Source: Octopus bimaculoides (taxonomy: Eukaryota). From it: DNA of 54,758 bases. How positions within the stretch are numbered: the stretch's first letter is position 1; each line of letters begins with the position of its first letter. The stretch lies in the NCBI RefSeq assembly GCF_001194135.2, contig NC_068982.1, positions 7,172,793-7,227,550 of the forward strand. Direction: 5' to 3'. Of the stretch, positions 13,293 to 25,773 are shown piece by piece. The position numbers and the translations under genes are program-made. The notes below the pieces were generated by a model. The model saw nothing but the letters and a program-made list of their open reading frames with translations, was not told the DNA's origin and made no database searches.

Positions 13293-14640
13293 CTTTCTTT
13301 ATTAGTCACACAGGGCTGAACAGAGATGGGACAAATACAATGTAGAGTTTTTTTTTGCAGGTTTTGGTAGTGGTTGTTCTTGTTGTTGTTGTTGTTCTTT
13401 GTTTTTGGCTGCAGTTGGACAATCAGATTTTAAATGTGTCTCACTGTTGCATAAATAGCATCGTGGCCTCCTGCCCTCCACACTATATTCAACTTGTGTC
13501 CTTCTGTCAGTTCGATATTTGCTGGTAGGTTATTTATCGATTCTTGGTCGATTTGCAATAGGATTTCGAGTTTTTTTCCTGTCCAGTTTTGCTGATCAAC
13601 GACAACAATCTCTGAAATATTGGCTTCCTCCATTTCAAGATAGATGGTCGATAACAGCCACTGTGTCTCTACCCCTGGGGCACGTTTTTTATAGGTACTT
13701 TAGTTACGTTTTGCCCAAGATAGCTGGGTATCATTGTTAGCTGACTGTGCGCAGAGTGATCGAAAAAGTTTTTGCTAATTCTTCGCTGTGGAAGCGAACT
13801 TGTACAGTGGCAAATTTATGCCACCAATTAACGTAATCTTTAAGTGGCCATACAGGGCGAAAGCACTCACCATTTTTTTCCTGTGCTGCATTTTCTGCTC
13901 TTTTTATTTTGTATTCAATATTTCGTATATGATTGGGTTTTTTCTGTGTTTCCTCTAGTATGTTCTGTGGGATATTTAAATGTAAGGTTTCGCCGTTTTT
14001 GTGGAGTAGTGATTTAGTGTCTTTTATTTGTTGGGCAGTGGAAGATACAATCTTTCTTTTCTGTCTTATCGTTTCAGCGAAATTTGTGGTGGTGGTGGTG
14101 GTAGTGGTGGTGGTAGTGGTGTTGGTGGTGGTGGCAGAGGTGTCCGTTGTAGCAGTTGACGGTGAAGCTGTGGTGGTGGTGGTGGTGGTGGTGGTGGTTG
14201 TGTTGGTGTTTCTCTTCTTTAAGGTCGACGCCTTTGCGACGATATCGCTGTTGTTGCTGGTGGTGGTGGTGGTGGCGGTGTTAGCGTTCATGCTCACACC
14301 TGCACTTGTTTGTGTGAGACTTCTCCCCTTCTTCCCTCCTTCATGAAGCTGTGGTGAAGGGAGTGTAGGGAAATCAACGTCGAAAGAGTTACCATAGAGA
14401 CCGGCGTTCGTCATGAGATCGTCTGCATGGTTTGAAGACGCCATTCTCAAAACAAAAATGGCTAAGAAAGTCGAAAACAAATTTACAACAGGGCAGATTT
14501 CGCGGGCAAACAAATTGCGCAACCGAATGTATCACTTGTTGCACAACATTTACATAGAAAATATAATCCCAAAACAACTTTTTAAGGCAATAAAAGGCAA
14601 ACTTACACGGAGCCGATGTGTCTATTGTCCGTCCAAAAAG
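13293..14640 (-). mobile_element. L1/Tx1-like non-LTR element carrying only a gag-like ORF1 (no ORF2), flanked on both sides by (GATA)n
   Basis: Minus strand shows ~200 bp 5' UTR, ORF1 from ATG 14444, zinc knuckle at 13419-13460, then an A-run joined directly to a tail (TTTGTCCCATCTCTGTTCAGCCCTGTGTGACTAATAAA..GAAA). No endonuclease or RT sequence is present. Clade assignment rests on recalled ORF1 architecture. Confidence 0.75.
13295..14444 (-). pseudogene. Frameshifted gag-like ORF1 of a non-LTR retrotransposon
   Basis: MASSNHADD...DFPTLP, poly-Thr linker, ...LAKTFSITLRTVS; continues after frameshifts at ~13740, ~13680 and ~13470 as TMIPSYLGQNVTKVPIKNVP / GVETQWLLSTIYLEMEE...LPANIELTEGHKLNIV / VEGRRPRCYLCNSETHLKSDCP (C-X2-C-X4-H-X4-C). 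Confidence 0.8.
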
Positions 14641-14670
14641 ATAGATAGACGGACAGACAGACAGACAGAC

Positions 14671-14721
<51 letters not shown>

Positions 14722-14746
14722 GAGAGAGATAGAGAGATAGATAGAT
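14641..14746 (+). repeat. (GATA)n/(GACA)n microsatellite
   Basis: Directly visible. Confidence 0.95.
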
Positions 14747-16612
14747 TCAAAAAGTAATTCTTTCCATCAAATATGATTCGTCTGTTTTTAGCACTGAGAT
14801 AACTGAGTAAATTTCTTCTGAAGGAAATAGTGCTAGGGAATGTTAATGCTGAAAATTTTGCATTCTGTTCACTATACAAATATATCCCACAGAAACTCAA
14901 TGACGTCTGATTTTATGATATTGCACGTATCTGGTTTCTAGTTAATCAGTCGCAAAACATGATATATAGAATTTTATTATGTGTCGTATTTAATGTAAGC
15001 CCCTAAGTATGATAAAGAAAAAGATATCACTAAACACCATAATAAATATATTACATCTTTCCTTGGATAGTGATTTGAGAGAAATTGTGTTCTGTCAGTG
15101 GTATTACTGGATATACATTTATTTTCCTGTCTCCTACGGCCAACATTTGAATTTAAACATTTGTATGATGGGAAGGTTAACAGATGTTTTGGTTCTTGCT
15201 TCGGTTTTAGTATATTCTACTACTTTATAAAGCGGTATTTCTCTTCAACACTCCATTATATTTAACTTTGGATATAACGAAAATTATATCTTAGATATTA
15301 GATTCGCCATAAAAAGTATGTCCTATTTACAAAACTACTACTAAGAATAACAGATTGAGCAATCTAAGCAGTATTTATTTTGCACAAAATAAATACTACT
15401 TTGTGTAGCAATTTAGTAATTGGATTTAAAGTATTAAAAATGACGGGAATAATAGGGTTCATGATATCTAGATGTGTAATATTTCTCGAATATATAAATG
15501 GCAAAAGAATATAGTAGCATGTTAACTTAGAAGCTTGAAGTATCAAACATTCCCCGTGCTCACTGATGAAAAGTTAATATATGATTCCCCTAATATTGTT
15601 TTCCCTTACTATACACATATTTCTAGTCAGTTTTTCATGTTTTCTGTATATATTATCTCTAAGTAATTATAATGTTTTACGAAATATGCAAACACCTTTT
15701 AAGTAGAGAGAGAGCATTTCAAGTTATGAAAATGTATTCCTAGAACGTTAACCACATGATTAATGTGATTGATATGCAACATTTTCAACAGGGAAATAAG
15801 ACGTAGTCGTGAATGCGTGTCACTGAACGCCCGCTATACCATAGAAGCAGGTGTTACAAAAGCTATTATAATAACCGATTCAAATGGATATTATGCATAA
15901 AAATCTCATTGCTGAAGGAAGTTTTTAGCATTCATGAATTTTTATATGCTTTTTACTGCCTAACAGGAGCATCTGTTGAAAATCGTAGATTTTTTCCCTT
16001 AAACACTCGACTCACCACCTCTACTGAAAATGACACGATAATAATAGCTCAAATTCTTACAAAAATAATTCATTAATGATATTTATATGTATAATAATGC
16101 TAACGAAAGTGGGGTGGTTATATTTCCCTTTTTACTAAATATTTATGAGACATGTCACATGTTTTGTTTGAGAATTGATCATCGCCTTTGTATGCATTTT
16201 TTATGCAATAAGCAAGAATTGTAAATGTAAACCACAGAATCAATAAGCTAAATTTAACCTTGTCTCGTATTATAAAACTGATTCTTTGCCACGTATTTCT
16301 CTTGACATAGGAGACAATAAGTAACGCAAGACAGAAACAATCACTAAATGCTATATTTGTATTCAGAATATGTGAATATTAGATATAGTTGCAGGAATAG
16401 GTGTGAGAAATATGATAGGCTTTGCAATCACATGGCTCTTAGTTTATCCCACTGCAAGACACGTTTGGCTTCTTTAATAGCAGCGGGTCGACCAATAACT
16501 TGCGAACGTTAGTGAGTAGTTCGCAAGTCTGTGAGAATCTACTGACGGGTGTGCAGGCGGGTCTATACCTACCTACATATATACAAACATACCTGCATAT
16601 ATGATATATATA

Positions 16613-16759
<147 letters not shown>

Positions 16760-16804
16760 TATGTATGTATGTATGTCTATATATGTGTATGTCTATATAT
16801 ACAT

Positions 16805-16955
16805 ACGTGAATATATAGGGAGAATTCAACAAAAAACAAAAGATGAAGACAGGTGGTGTAGACAACAAACAGATGTATTAGTTTAACGCTCGGGAAGTGA
16901 GAAAATCTTTAACGTTTCGAGCCTACACTCTTCCACAGTAAGGAAAACAGAAAAA
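16805..16955 (-). repeat. Probable Penelope-type terminal relic
   Basis: Minus strand GGAAGAGTGTAGGCTCGAAACGTT resembles PLE terminal hammerhead-like motifs; embedded after a microsatellite. Confidence 0.35.
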
Positions 16956-17074
16956 ATATATATATATACAGACAGGTAGCTGCATCTATATATGTGAGTG
17001 CAAATGACTGTGTGTCCGCGTCTTTATGTATGTATATACGTGTGTGTGTGTATGTGTGTATGCATGTGTGTGCC

Positions 17075-17300
17075 TGTAGTTTTTAGAGTGTCGGTTTGAA
17101 TGGTTTGCTGTACTTGTTCCGACTTGTTGCGCTCGGAGTTCACATCCCTCTAACACCAACTTCACCTTTCATCTATTCTAAGTCGATAAGGAAATTAACA
17201 GACCAGGTTGATTGATTAGCAAACATTGTTAGGGCACTGGCTATAATATGTTGCGGTATCTTTCCCCTTCCACTGAGACATGGTGGCCTCGGGCACGATG
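17075..17300 (+). mobile_element. Highly degenerate SINE family B-like copy
   Basis: GGAGTTCACATCC; CACCTTTCATCTATTCTAAGTCGATAAG; TGGCCTCGGGCAC tail remnant. Confidence 0.45.
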
Positions 17301-19522
17301 ACAAGGCACCAATATATATCAGCTTCGAATTTCTCTTGGAGGAGCAACACTCACATGCTCGACTTACATGCGTTTTGAAAGAACCACAACAATTAGGAAA
17401 TTGTAATTTAATCCTTCTTTTTCTACATCCATGTTTTCTCTTCTCATATTCCCGTTGTCCTTTGTTGTCTTTCATATTCTGCGTATTTTTTTTCTTTTTC
17501 TATTCTCTTCGTTTTGAATATTCCTTGTATATTTTCCCTAATACAGCAGCACAAACAACGTAACATCAGATAATGATATTTCATTGGAAAACTCGATCCA
17601 TATATATTACCACCTATCCCAAGGCATAAAAAGTAAAGTCACCATGATAGAATTTAAAATGAAAAAACTTGGGGTGAAATGAAAGATTCCAATGCAGATA
17701 GTCATCTTCCACAGTTTTTTTTTTTTTTTTAATGCAACTTGTTACCCTCCACTCAATCATTTCCGATAAATAATCAATTTCTGTTTTTTACATTGGAACA
17801 AGGTCACACATTTTTAAGACATATATATTGTCAATTGAATCGAGTTCAATACATAATCGATATTTACTTTATCAACTTTCGTAGGCTGAAAGTTAAAATA
17901 GTTGTCTCCGGTGTAGAAAATAAATAGTCGGAACTAAAGAACGAAAGTGTTTTTGTGGCGCTTCACCGTTTGTTCTATTACTAAGGCATCACCACTTTCC
18001 CGTCGACCAATACTAATAGTTTTTGAGTTATACAGTACTTTGAACTATATCTACAGTGTTTCAACCCACACTGAATATAGTACTTTATAATAACAACTCT
18101 GTATAATTGATATTTCACCTACACTCTGTGTAATATACAATGCTGGTGGAACTCTACAGATATAATGCTTTGCATTGGATGGTCAAGAATCGATTGTTAT
18201 TAGGCGAAGAGTGGGTGGGGTGGGGCATTCTTCAACGGTAAAACAAAACGTTTGCAACACTAAAACAAGTGTTTTCGTTAGTTAGTACAGACTGTTTATC
18301 TGAGTTCGGAAACAATTAACGTTAACTTTTACAGTATTACGATAGAGTAATATCATTTAATCACCACGCTGCTAATGAACCAGTAATTTAATACTTTATA
18401 AAGATACAAGTTCAACTTTTGTAATGGAGGTGTATATAGCTTGGCTGTAGTTAAAGAGACAAAAAGTAAAGTTGAATTTAGCAGTATTTGGACACGGACA
18501 ACATCGTGGCGATGCTACATACTGTAAAGCTTGTAGTTCGGCGCTGTAGCATTTCTGCTGATTCATCATCCATTCTTTGTTATAGAAAGAAATCAAACTG
18601 AGCATAAACTACGATAAAACTAATAGTTTATAGTAATCAATCTTAACACACTTCCATGTTGTAGGTGAGATTAAATGCTAGCTTTCACGAGTGAACACTG
18701 AGATGGGTTTTTTCTCTCTTCTTGATGTTTTTATTTTCGTCCATATATTTTTCTTTTTCTTCTATTCTCCTTCTTAATATTACTTGAAACCTAGTTAATA
18801 GTAGTTTCATTAAGAGGCTGCTACAGCATAGATGTATAAATGTGACAAACACAGACGATATAATTTTCCTGTGTTACTACTCTTTGTTTTCCAGTTAAAT
18901 ATCCCTCGTGTTAACAATAGGAAATAAATAACATCCGAACACCAGGACTGGCCATTGCCAATAGCTTCAACGCTGGATGATAACGCTCACTTCGTGTCAG
19001 TATTTCATCGAAGGTTAATACAATGAAACACAAACAGCAAAAGTCATTGAAAAGAGATTGCTATATTATTACTTTTATTTTGTCAGAGTAAAGAAATAAT
19101 GTGTAATATTAAACATATTTCTTTGAGAAAAATGCTTTGTAGCGTCAGTTTGTTGTATACTGTTTCTGGTAAAAGTAATACAATAGATTTATAGAAAAGT
19201 GTTGGTTACGCTGCGGTTAGCTAACTCACTTGATTGCCAGACAATAGCAGTTTGTCATTTGTTTCCTGTCAGTTCTGTTGAAGACAAATGATAACTTGAA
19301 CTGACGACTGGAAGAAAACAAATCATTTCTTCAGTAGGTACTTTAAGGTGCTTATTTAAATTTAACTCGCACAGACACCTGGATCTGCGCCAATCACAAT
19401 TTACAGATGCAACTCATCAACAGTACTGTTTATAGTTCGATACACGTACGCCTTTTTGTCAGTTTGGAGATCTATTTTAAGTCATTGAAAACGGAGAACA
19501 AGAAAGAAAAATCAAATAATCG

Positions 19523-20056
19523 CTTCTACTATAGACACAAAACCTGAAATTTTGCCAGAGGCGTCAATCGATTACATCGACCCAGTACTCAATTGGTACT
19601 TATTTCATCCTGAAAGAATGAAAAGCAAAGTCCACCTCGGCGTAATTGGAACTCGGAATGTAAAACCCGAAGAAATGCCAAGCATTTTTGTCCGGCGCCG
19701 TTAAGATTCTACCAGCTCACCGGCTTTATCACAGTAATCCTTTCTACTCTAGGCACAAGGTCTGAAATTTGGGGGAGGGGGATAGTCGATTAGATCGACT
19801 TCGGTATTCAGCTGGTACTAATTTTGTCGACCCTGAAAGAATGAAAGGCTAAGTGCACCTTTGCAGAATTTGAACTCAGAATACAAAGACTGCAGAAATA
19901 CCGTTAAGCATTTTGCTCGGCGTGCTAATGACTCTGCCAGCTCATTGCCTTCTTTTTTTCCTGCACTGGGCACAAACCCCGAAATTTTGGGGGAGGGGGG
20001 GCAGTCGATTAGATCGACCCCAGTACGCAATTGGTACTTAATTTATCGACCCCGAA
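19523..20056 (-). mobile_element. Three tandem SINE family B copies (19523-19726, 19741-19951, 5'-truncated 19952-20056)
   Basis: Head-to-tail copies with a GTGCCTAGAGTAGAAA-type tail; the last abuts the Tc1 relic. Confidence 0.85.
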
Positions 20057-20379
20057 GCCAGTCATCAGATATGAACGCTATTGAACACCTCTGGGAAATA
20101 ATGGACAGGACACTTCATAAAGCGGACAAGAAAACATCTTCAAAGCTTGATCTTTTGAGATTACAGCATGAAACTTGGTAAGGAATTCCGTAAGGGAATA
20201 TTCGTCATTTGATCAGTAACATACCTAATAGGGCCCTTGCAATGAAAAATGCAAAGCGCATGTCTACTAAATACTAAATATTCACATTGTAACAATTAAT
20301 AAACAATTTGAATGTATAATTTCAGATTCAAATAAATTTTAATGAACATAAGGGTGTCTATGTAGTTCTGTCATGTATG
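20057..20379 (+). mobile_element. Tc1 transposase C-terminal relic with probable right TIR
   Basis: SQSSDMNAIEHLWEIMDRTLH...LISNIPNRALAMKNAKRMSTKY* (WPSQSPDLNPIEHLW...AKGGxTKY pattern); ends GGGTGTCTATGTAGTTCTGTCATGTATG|TA. Confidence 0.8.
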
Positions 20380-20647
20380 TATATATATATACATATACAT
20401 ATATATATATATATNNNNNNNNNNAAAGAAAAATCATGTTCTCCAGAAAAAAATTCAGCAAAATACCAGAGCTTAGGCGGACAGGACAAAATGAAAAATA
20501 TGACATCTTTCTAGCATATTGGATGTCCACCTAGTGGTCATCCCTTCTTATACGCATGTAATACAATTTTTCTGAATTATCAGATTTTTATATGCTAGAC
20601 CACTTGTTTTAAATTGAAATTAATATTCAATTTATCACCCTCAGTAC

Positions 20648-20724
<77 letters not shown>

Positions 20725-21338
20725 TGTGTGTGTATGCATGCATTTATGTATGCATATATATATATATACATATTGAATATATATATATATTCAATATATA
20801 TATTCAGTATATGTATTCACATGTATGTATATGCGTCCCAACTCACACAGAAACATATACACAGACAGTCACACACAAATGCATTATGAGAAACAGTTGC
20901 TACAATGGCCTTGTTTTTATTTCTAATCATACGTATATATTTGTAAATCTTCAGCCAGAGAATACGACGTTTTGTTATAATCCGCAGCGCTAGTTTGGAA
21001 GCATTTACTTAGCGTATTATATCTATTTTGTTAGCGTAGTGTATTATTCTTTTCCCATCTGAAACTCATGGACGGTTAGAAAAATCAACATTTGTCGATT
21101 ATGTTTTATTTTTTAATTTTTATTGTTGTTCATTGACTTTAAACATTTTTGGCCCATAGACGTAACAAGTTCTATTTCTGAGACCGTATTTGTTCTATAA
21201 AGAGCAGCCAAATGTTCGCTGTATGTTGTTATTTATTATGGTCAGTATACATATCATACAGATTTATATATTGTCTACGAGGCATTAACTCGGTAATCAT
21301 AAATTTCCTATATAATCAACACGGCCAAATGGATTATA

Positions 21339-21976
21339 CAGGGTGGGCCAGACGTCACGCAGAACAACATTTTACATTTTATCATATTTTACCTTATTAT
21401 TATTATCATCATTATTCAATAATACGACGCGCTAGCAGAATCTTTAGCGCGCTGAACGAAATGCTTAGCGATATTACGTCGTCCTTACGTTCTGAGTTCA
21501 AATTCCGCCGGGGTTGATTTTGCCTTTTATCCTTTCGGGGTCGATAAAATAAGTACAAGTTGAATACTGAGGTCGATGTAATCGAATAACCCTCCCCCTT
21601 CCCAGCTGCCCTTGTGGCAAAATTTTGAAATAATTATTATTCACTCCTGACGAAATGCTTAGCGGTTTTTCGTCTGCCGCTAATTTTTGAGTTCAAATTC
21701 AGCCGAGGTCAACTTTCCCTTTCATCCTTTTAGGGTCAATTAAATAAGTACCAGTTACGCACTGGGGTCGAAGTGATCGACTTAACCTCCTCCCTCAAGG
21801 TGCCCTTGAAGCAAAAAATTGAAATCTTTATTATTATCATTCATTTTGTTCATCGTGTAATTGTGTATCCGTCATTATTTTAATAATTTTATCCAATTTA
21901 CGAACAATTGAAGCATGTCTTTGACAATTCCGGAGCGTATTGAACTTATTTCCTGCGTGACTTTTGGACCATCCTG
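21339..21976. mobile_element. Tc1/mariner MITE with TA TSDs, containing two nested SINEs
   Basis: Left TA|CAGGGTGGGCCAGACGTCACGC; right GCGTGACTTTTGGACCATCCTG|TA (18/22 matches as inverted repeats). Confidence 0.8.
21424..21838 (+). mobile_element. Two tandem SINE family B copies nested in the MITE
   Basis: GAGTTCAAATTC B boxes at ~21495 and ~21690; GGGGTCGA...TCGA modules; ATT-rich tails. Confidence 0.85.
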
Positions 21977-22686
21977 TAGAGTTAAAGACTGAAACAAATT
22001 TAGACACTGAATAATATTTTCTCATCCACACAACGTAAATGTTTTAATGTGCAACGCTCGAGCAGCGCTGAATCTGTCCTCTCTGTATTCGCTATAGTTT
22101 CTGGTTTGAATATGAAAGGTCATATAAATTATCGTTCTTTGTATATACGTTTCCAAGGGAACACTAAATTAACTGTTGTTTTTCATGCAGATGACGTCCC
22201 TGAATGATTTAGCTTTCTGAATGTATTCTTTTAATGTATTTGCATACATTTCTCAAGTGCATAGAATAAATCGTGCAATCATCAGAATTTCATGAAGTTC
22301 GTGAACCCTAAACATAAGTCTCAAATACCATAACCAAAACATCTTATTTCGTTTTTGGATTTGGTTTCCGAGATTCTTTATGTGAGTTCCAGTGTTGAAG
22401 CGTATTCTGTTGTGTCTGAGGAAAGTCATTTTCTTTTTGTGCCTCATAATTTAACACACTCACCAGTAAAATTTCCACTTATTCCTCATTTTTATTTTCT
22501 TAAATTATCGTTGCATCTTGCAAACTTAGGAAAACAAAAAATAAGGAATAAGTGGAAATTTTACCGGTGAGTGTGTGAAATTATAAGGTACAAAAAGAAA
22601 ATAACTCTCCCCAGACACAACAAAACATTTTAGAAGTTGTCTTTCTAATATGGCAACAATCGCTAAAATAATATTAGAATTGAGCT

Positions 22687-22875
22687 AAGGCGGCAAGCTA
22701 GCAGAATCGTTAGCACACCGGGCAAAATGCTTAGTGGAATTTCGTCCGTCTTTACGTTCCAAGTTCGAATTCTGCCGAGGTCAGCTCTGCTTTTCATCAT
22801 TTCGAGGTCGACAAAATAAGAACCAGCTGAGTATTTGAGGTCGAAATTTCTAACCTTGTCAAAATTTGAAACAGT
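22687..22875 (+). mobile_element. SINE family B with shortened tail
   Basis: AAGGCGGCAAGCTAGCAGAATCGTTAGCAC...AAGTTCGAATTCTGCCGAGGTC. Confidence 0.85.
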
Positions 22876-23358
22876 TTTAGACGTTGAGCTAATGCGAACG
22901 CTATCACAGCCTCAGTAGGTATTAAATACTTACACGATTAAATATATCTACATTTTAAAAAATACTCTCGAATTAAATTGTGAAATTTGCATCGTTACAA
23001 AGCCTTGAACGCTGTTTAAAAACGAGAAATTATAATTGTTATTCAAACACTATGAGGCATGAATAAAAATGAAGCAGTTTGAAAAAATTATGCATTCATC
23101 ATATGACTGAGTTGTATCTTTAACATTATGGATGACACTTTGGGGTTTTAAGTAATATACGTATTTCTATTACATTTACCCATAAAAATAGTTCTCTTTC
23201 CGTAATATTTCCTCATACACATATCTATATATTCATGTCTGATTTGGTGTGCATAACTACTAAGTGTAGATGCAGGTATATGTGCGTGTTACGATGGCTG
23301 CAACATTTTATATTTTCTTTATTCTTCATGTTTTACTGATGGAATATTCTCTTTCTTG

Positions 23359-23760
23359 TGGAGGCGCAACGGCCCAGTGGACTCGCGGTCGTAGGATCGT
23401 GGTTTCGATTCCCAGACCAGGCGTTTTTAGTGTTTATTGAGCGAAAACACCTAAAGCTCCACGAGGCTCCGGCAGGGAGTGGTGTCGAACCCTGTTGTAC
23501 TCTTTCACCACAACATTATCTCACTCTTTCTTCTTGTTTCTCTTGTTCATGTATTGCTAAGGGCCAGCCTTGTCACACTGTATCACGCTGAATATCCCTC
23601 GAGAACTACGTTAAGGGTACACGTGTCTGTGGAGTGCTCAGCCACTTGCTCATTAATTTCACGANNNNNNNNNNAGCCACTTGCTCATTAATTTCACGAG
23701 CAGGCTGTTCCGTTGATTGGATCAACTGGAACCCTCGTCGTCGTAACCAACGGAGTGTCA
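23359..23760 (+). mobile_element. SINE family D (tRNA-like head, distinct body and tail)
   Basis: TGGAGGCGCAACGGCCCAGTGG...GGTTTCGATTCCC head; GC-rich body unrelated to families A-C; interrupted by a 10-N gap. Confidence 0.7.
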
Positions 23761-24213
23761 CGATTCTCTTTCTTCTATAGTCAGTATTTTGTTTCGTATT
23801 TCAACTCTTTCCTTGCGATTTTCCATCATCATGTGATTAATTATATCTTTGAAATGCATACCATATAAATAATGTTGTAATTATTCCAATGCATAAACTG
23901 ATTAAACTTTAGATTACCAATTCAGCGAAAGAGCAGTTAAACATCAAACTCCACAGCATGAAAGCAATCTGAAATGTAAAGCAGAAGGCCTATGATGTGG
24001 ATAAATTAATAACGGTAAAGCTTATCTATTTTAAAAGGTGAGACTAAATTACTAAAGCAAATGATAATTTCTCATGGAAAACAAAATTTATGTGGATTTA
24101 TACATACATTTATATATACACACTTGCATATAGACATGCATACAGATGTTTATATACACCCCCCCCCCCACACACACACACATATATATAAATATATATA
24201 TATAGATAGATAA

Positions 24214-24256
<43 letters not shown>

Positions 24257-24277
24257 CAAAAGTAAGTGGAATGACCA

Positions 24278-24362
24278 GCAAAAGTGGACACCTATATGCT
24301 AGAAATAGATGCCGAATCATCTAACCGGCATCTATTTCTAGCACATAGGAGTCCACTTTTGC
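24278..24362. other. 85-nt near-perfect hairpin (37-bp arms, 11-nt loop)
   Basis: GCAAAAGTGGAC-A-CCTATATGCTAGAAATAGATGCCG / CGGCATCTATTTCTAGCACATAGG-A-GTCCACTTTTGC; two mismatches. Confidence 0.9.
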
Positions 24363-24520
24363 TTTACATTCCTCTTATTTTTGTATGTAATATAATTTTA
24401 ATCTTCGGATTTTTTTAATATTTTAGACCACTGGTTTTAATTGATTAATATCAATTTCTACCCTCATTCATAAACAGATACATAGATAGATAGATAGATA
24501 CATGCATGCATACATACATA

Positions 24521-24758
24521 CAGTGATTCCTCGACTATCGAGTCTCTTACGTTCGAAAAACACCCGTGATAGGTGAAAATTCGCTAGTTAGAAACAGTAC
24601 CATAATGTATATTATTTTTTTATTATCGTTATAAGTTGTATATATTTATTTTATTATAAATGCCAAACAACACCACGGATGAATCGACGTAAGCTTAAAT
24701 AATAAACCGCGATAGGTGAACCGCGACAAGTGAACTGCGATATCGCGTGGGATTACTG
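24521..24758. mobile_element. Tigger/pogo-like MITE (~238 bp)
   Basis: Imperfect TIRs TA|CAGTGATTCCTCGACTATCG and CGATATCGCGTGGGATTACTG|TG; subterminal repeated GATAGGTGAA motifs; AT-rich centre. Confidence 0.7.
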
Positions 24759-25317
24759 TGTGTATGTATGTATGTGTGTATGTGTGTATGTATGTGTGTA
24801 TGTATGTATGTATGTATGCAGGCATGTTTGCGGGCATTTGTGGGTTTATGCGTGTGTAACAAACTGACAACTTCAAATGCAATTTATTTAATATGAGATA
24901 ACTTTATTCATTGTAAAGTGAGAATTGTAGATAAACAGGTTTGGAACGGCATGCATTGTATCTAGAGACTGAAAGAGATGTTTCTGCAAAGATATGGTGG
25001 GAAATCTATGTGACGAGCGTATGAAAAGATACCGTTATCTTTTGAAATTTCCTGCTAGCTTTGAGCAGAGGTCTGATAGAAGAAATTGCAAGGTCACCAT
25101 AGAACACCTATAGACCTTTAGTGAGAAAAACTTTAAAATGATTTATCAAACATATAGTTTTACTTCTAAGCAAAACGAATATTTGGATAAAAAAATATGC
25201 GTAATAAGAAAACATAAAACTATTAGCTTATAAGGCTTACATGTTACACGAGGTTACTTTGAGCCGTTTGTTGATTGGGATGCCTTGATCTTTAAATATG
25301 ATTGATGTTTGTCTATG

Positions 25318-25565
25318 TGGAGGCGCGTGGCTTAGTGGTTAGGGTATCAGCATCATGATCGTAAGATTGTGGTTTCGTTTCCTAGACGCGGCGACGCGTT
25401 ATTTTCTTGAGCAAAACGCTTCATTTCACGTTGCTCCAGTCCACTCAGCGGGCAAAAATGAGTAACGCTGCAATGGACTGGCGTCCCGTCCAGCTGCAAA
25501 ACGTATACGCCATAGAAACCGGGAAACCGAGCCCATGAACCTGACTAGGCTTTAAAAAGGGCGCG
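25318..25565 (+). mobile_element. SINE family C, V-domain-like
   Basis: tRNA head GGAGGCGCGTGGCTTAGTGGTTAGGG...GGTTTCG; central GCTGCAATGGACTGGCGTCCCGTCCAG resembles the V-SINE conserved domain. Confidence 0.7.
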
Positions 25566-25734
25566 TTTATTAGTTTATGTTTGTCTATAAGAACGGTTGT
25601 TTGTCTACAGAGGGCTCATCTGAATTCAACTTCTAAAGGCTCCAAATGAATTTACAAAATGCGTAGAAAAGCTTGGTATAGTTTAAGTATGTACATGTGT
25701 GTGTGTGTGTATATATGCATGTATGTATGCATGC

Positions 25735-25771
<37 letters not shown>

Positions 25772-25773
25772 CA

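Noticed and set aside
13933-14346. 137-aa poly-Val ORF on +
   Set aside because: Antisense shadow of the poly-Thr linker in the retroelement ORF1.
18500-18585. WMMNQQKCY resembling the calcitonin-receptor N-terminus (MMDAQYKCY)
   Set aside because: Too short, and no following CxxxWD exon was found.
19861-20181. 106-aa ORF as a novel fusion gene
   Set aside because: Reads through antisense SINE sequence into a dead Tc1 fragment and has no credible start.
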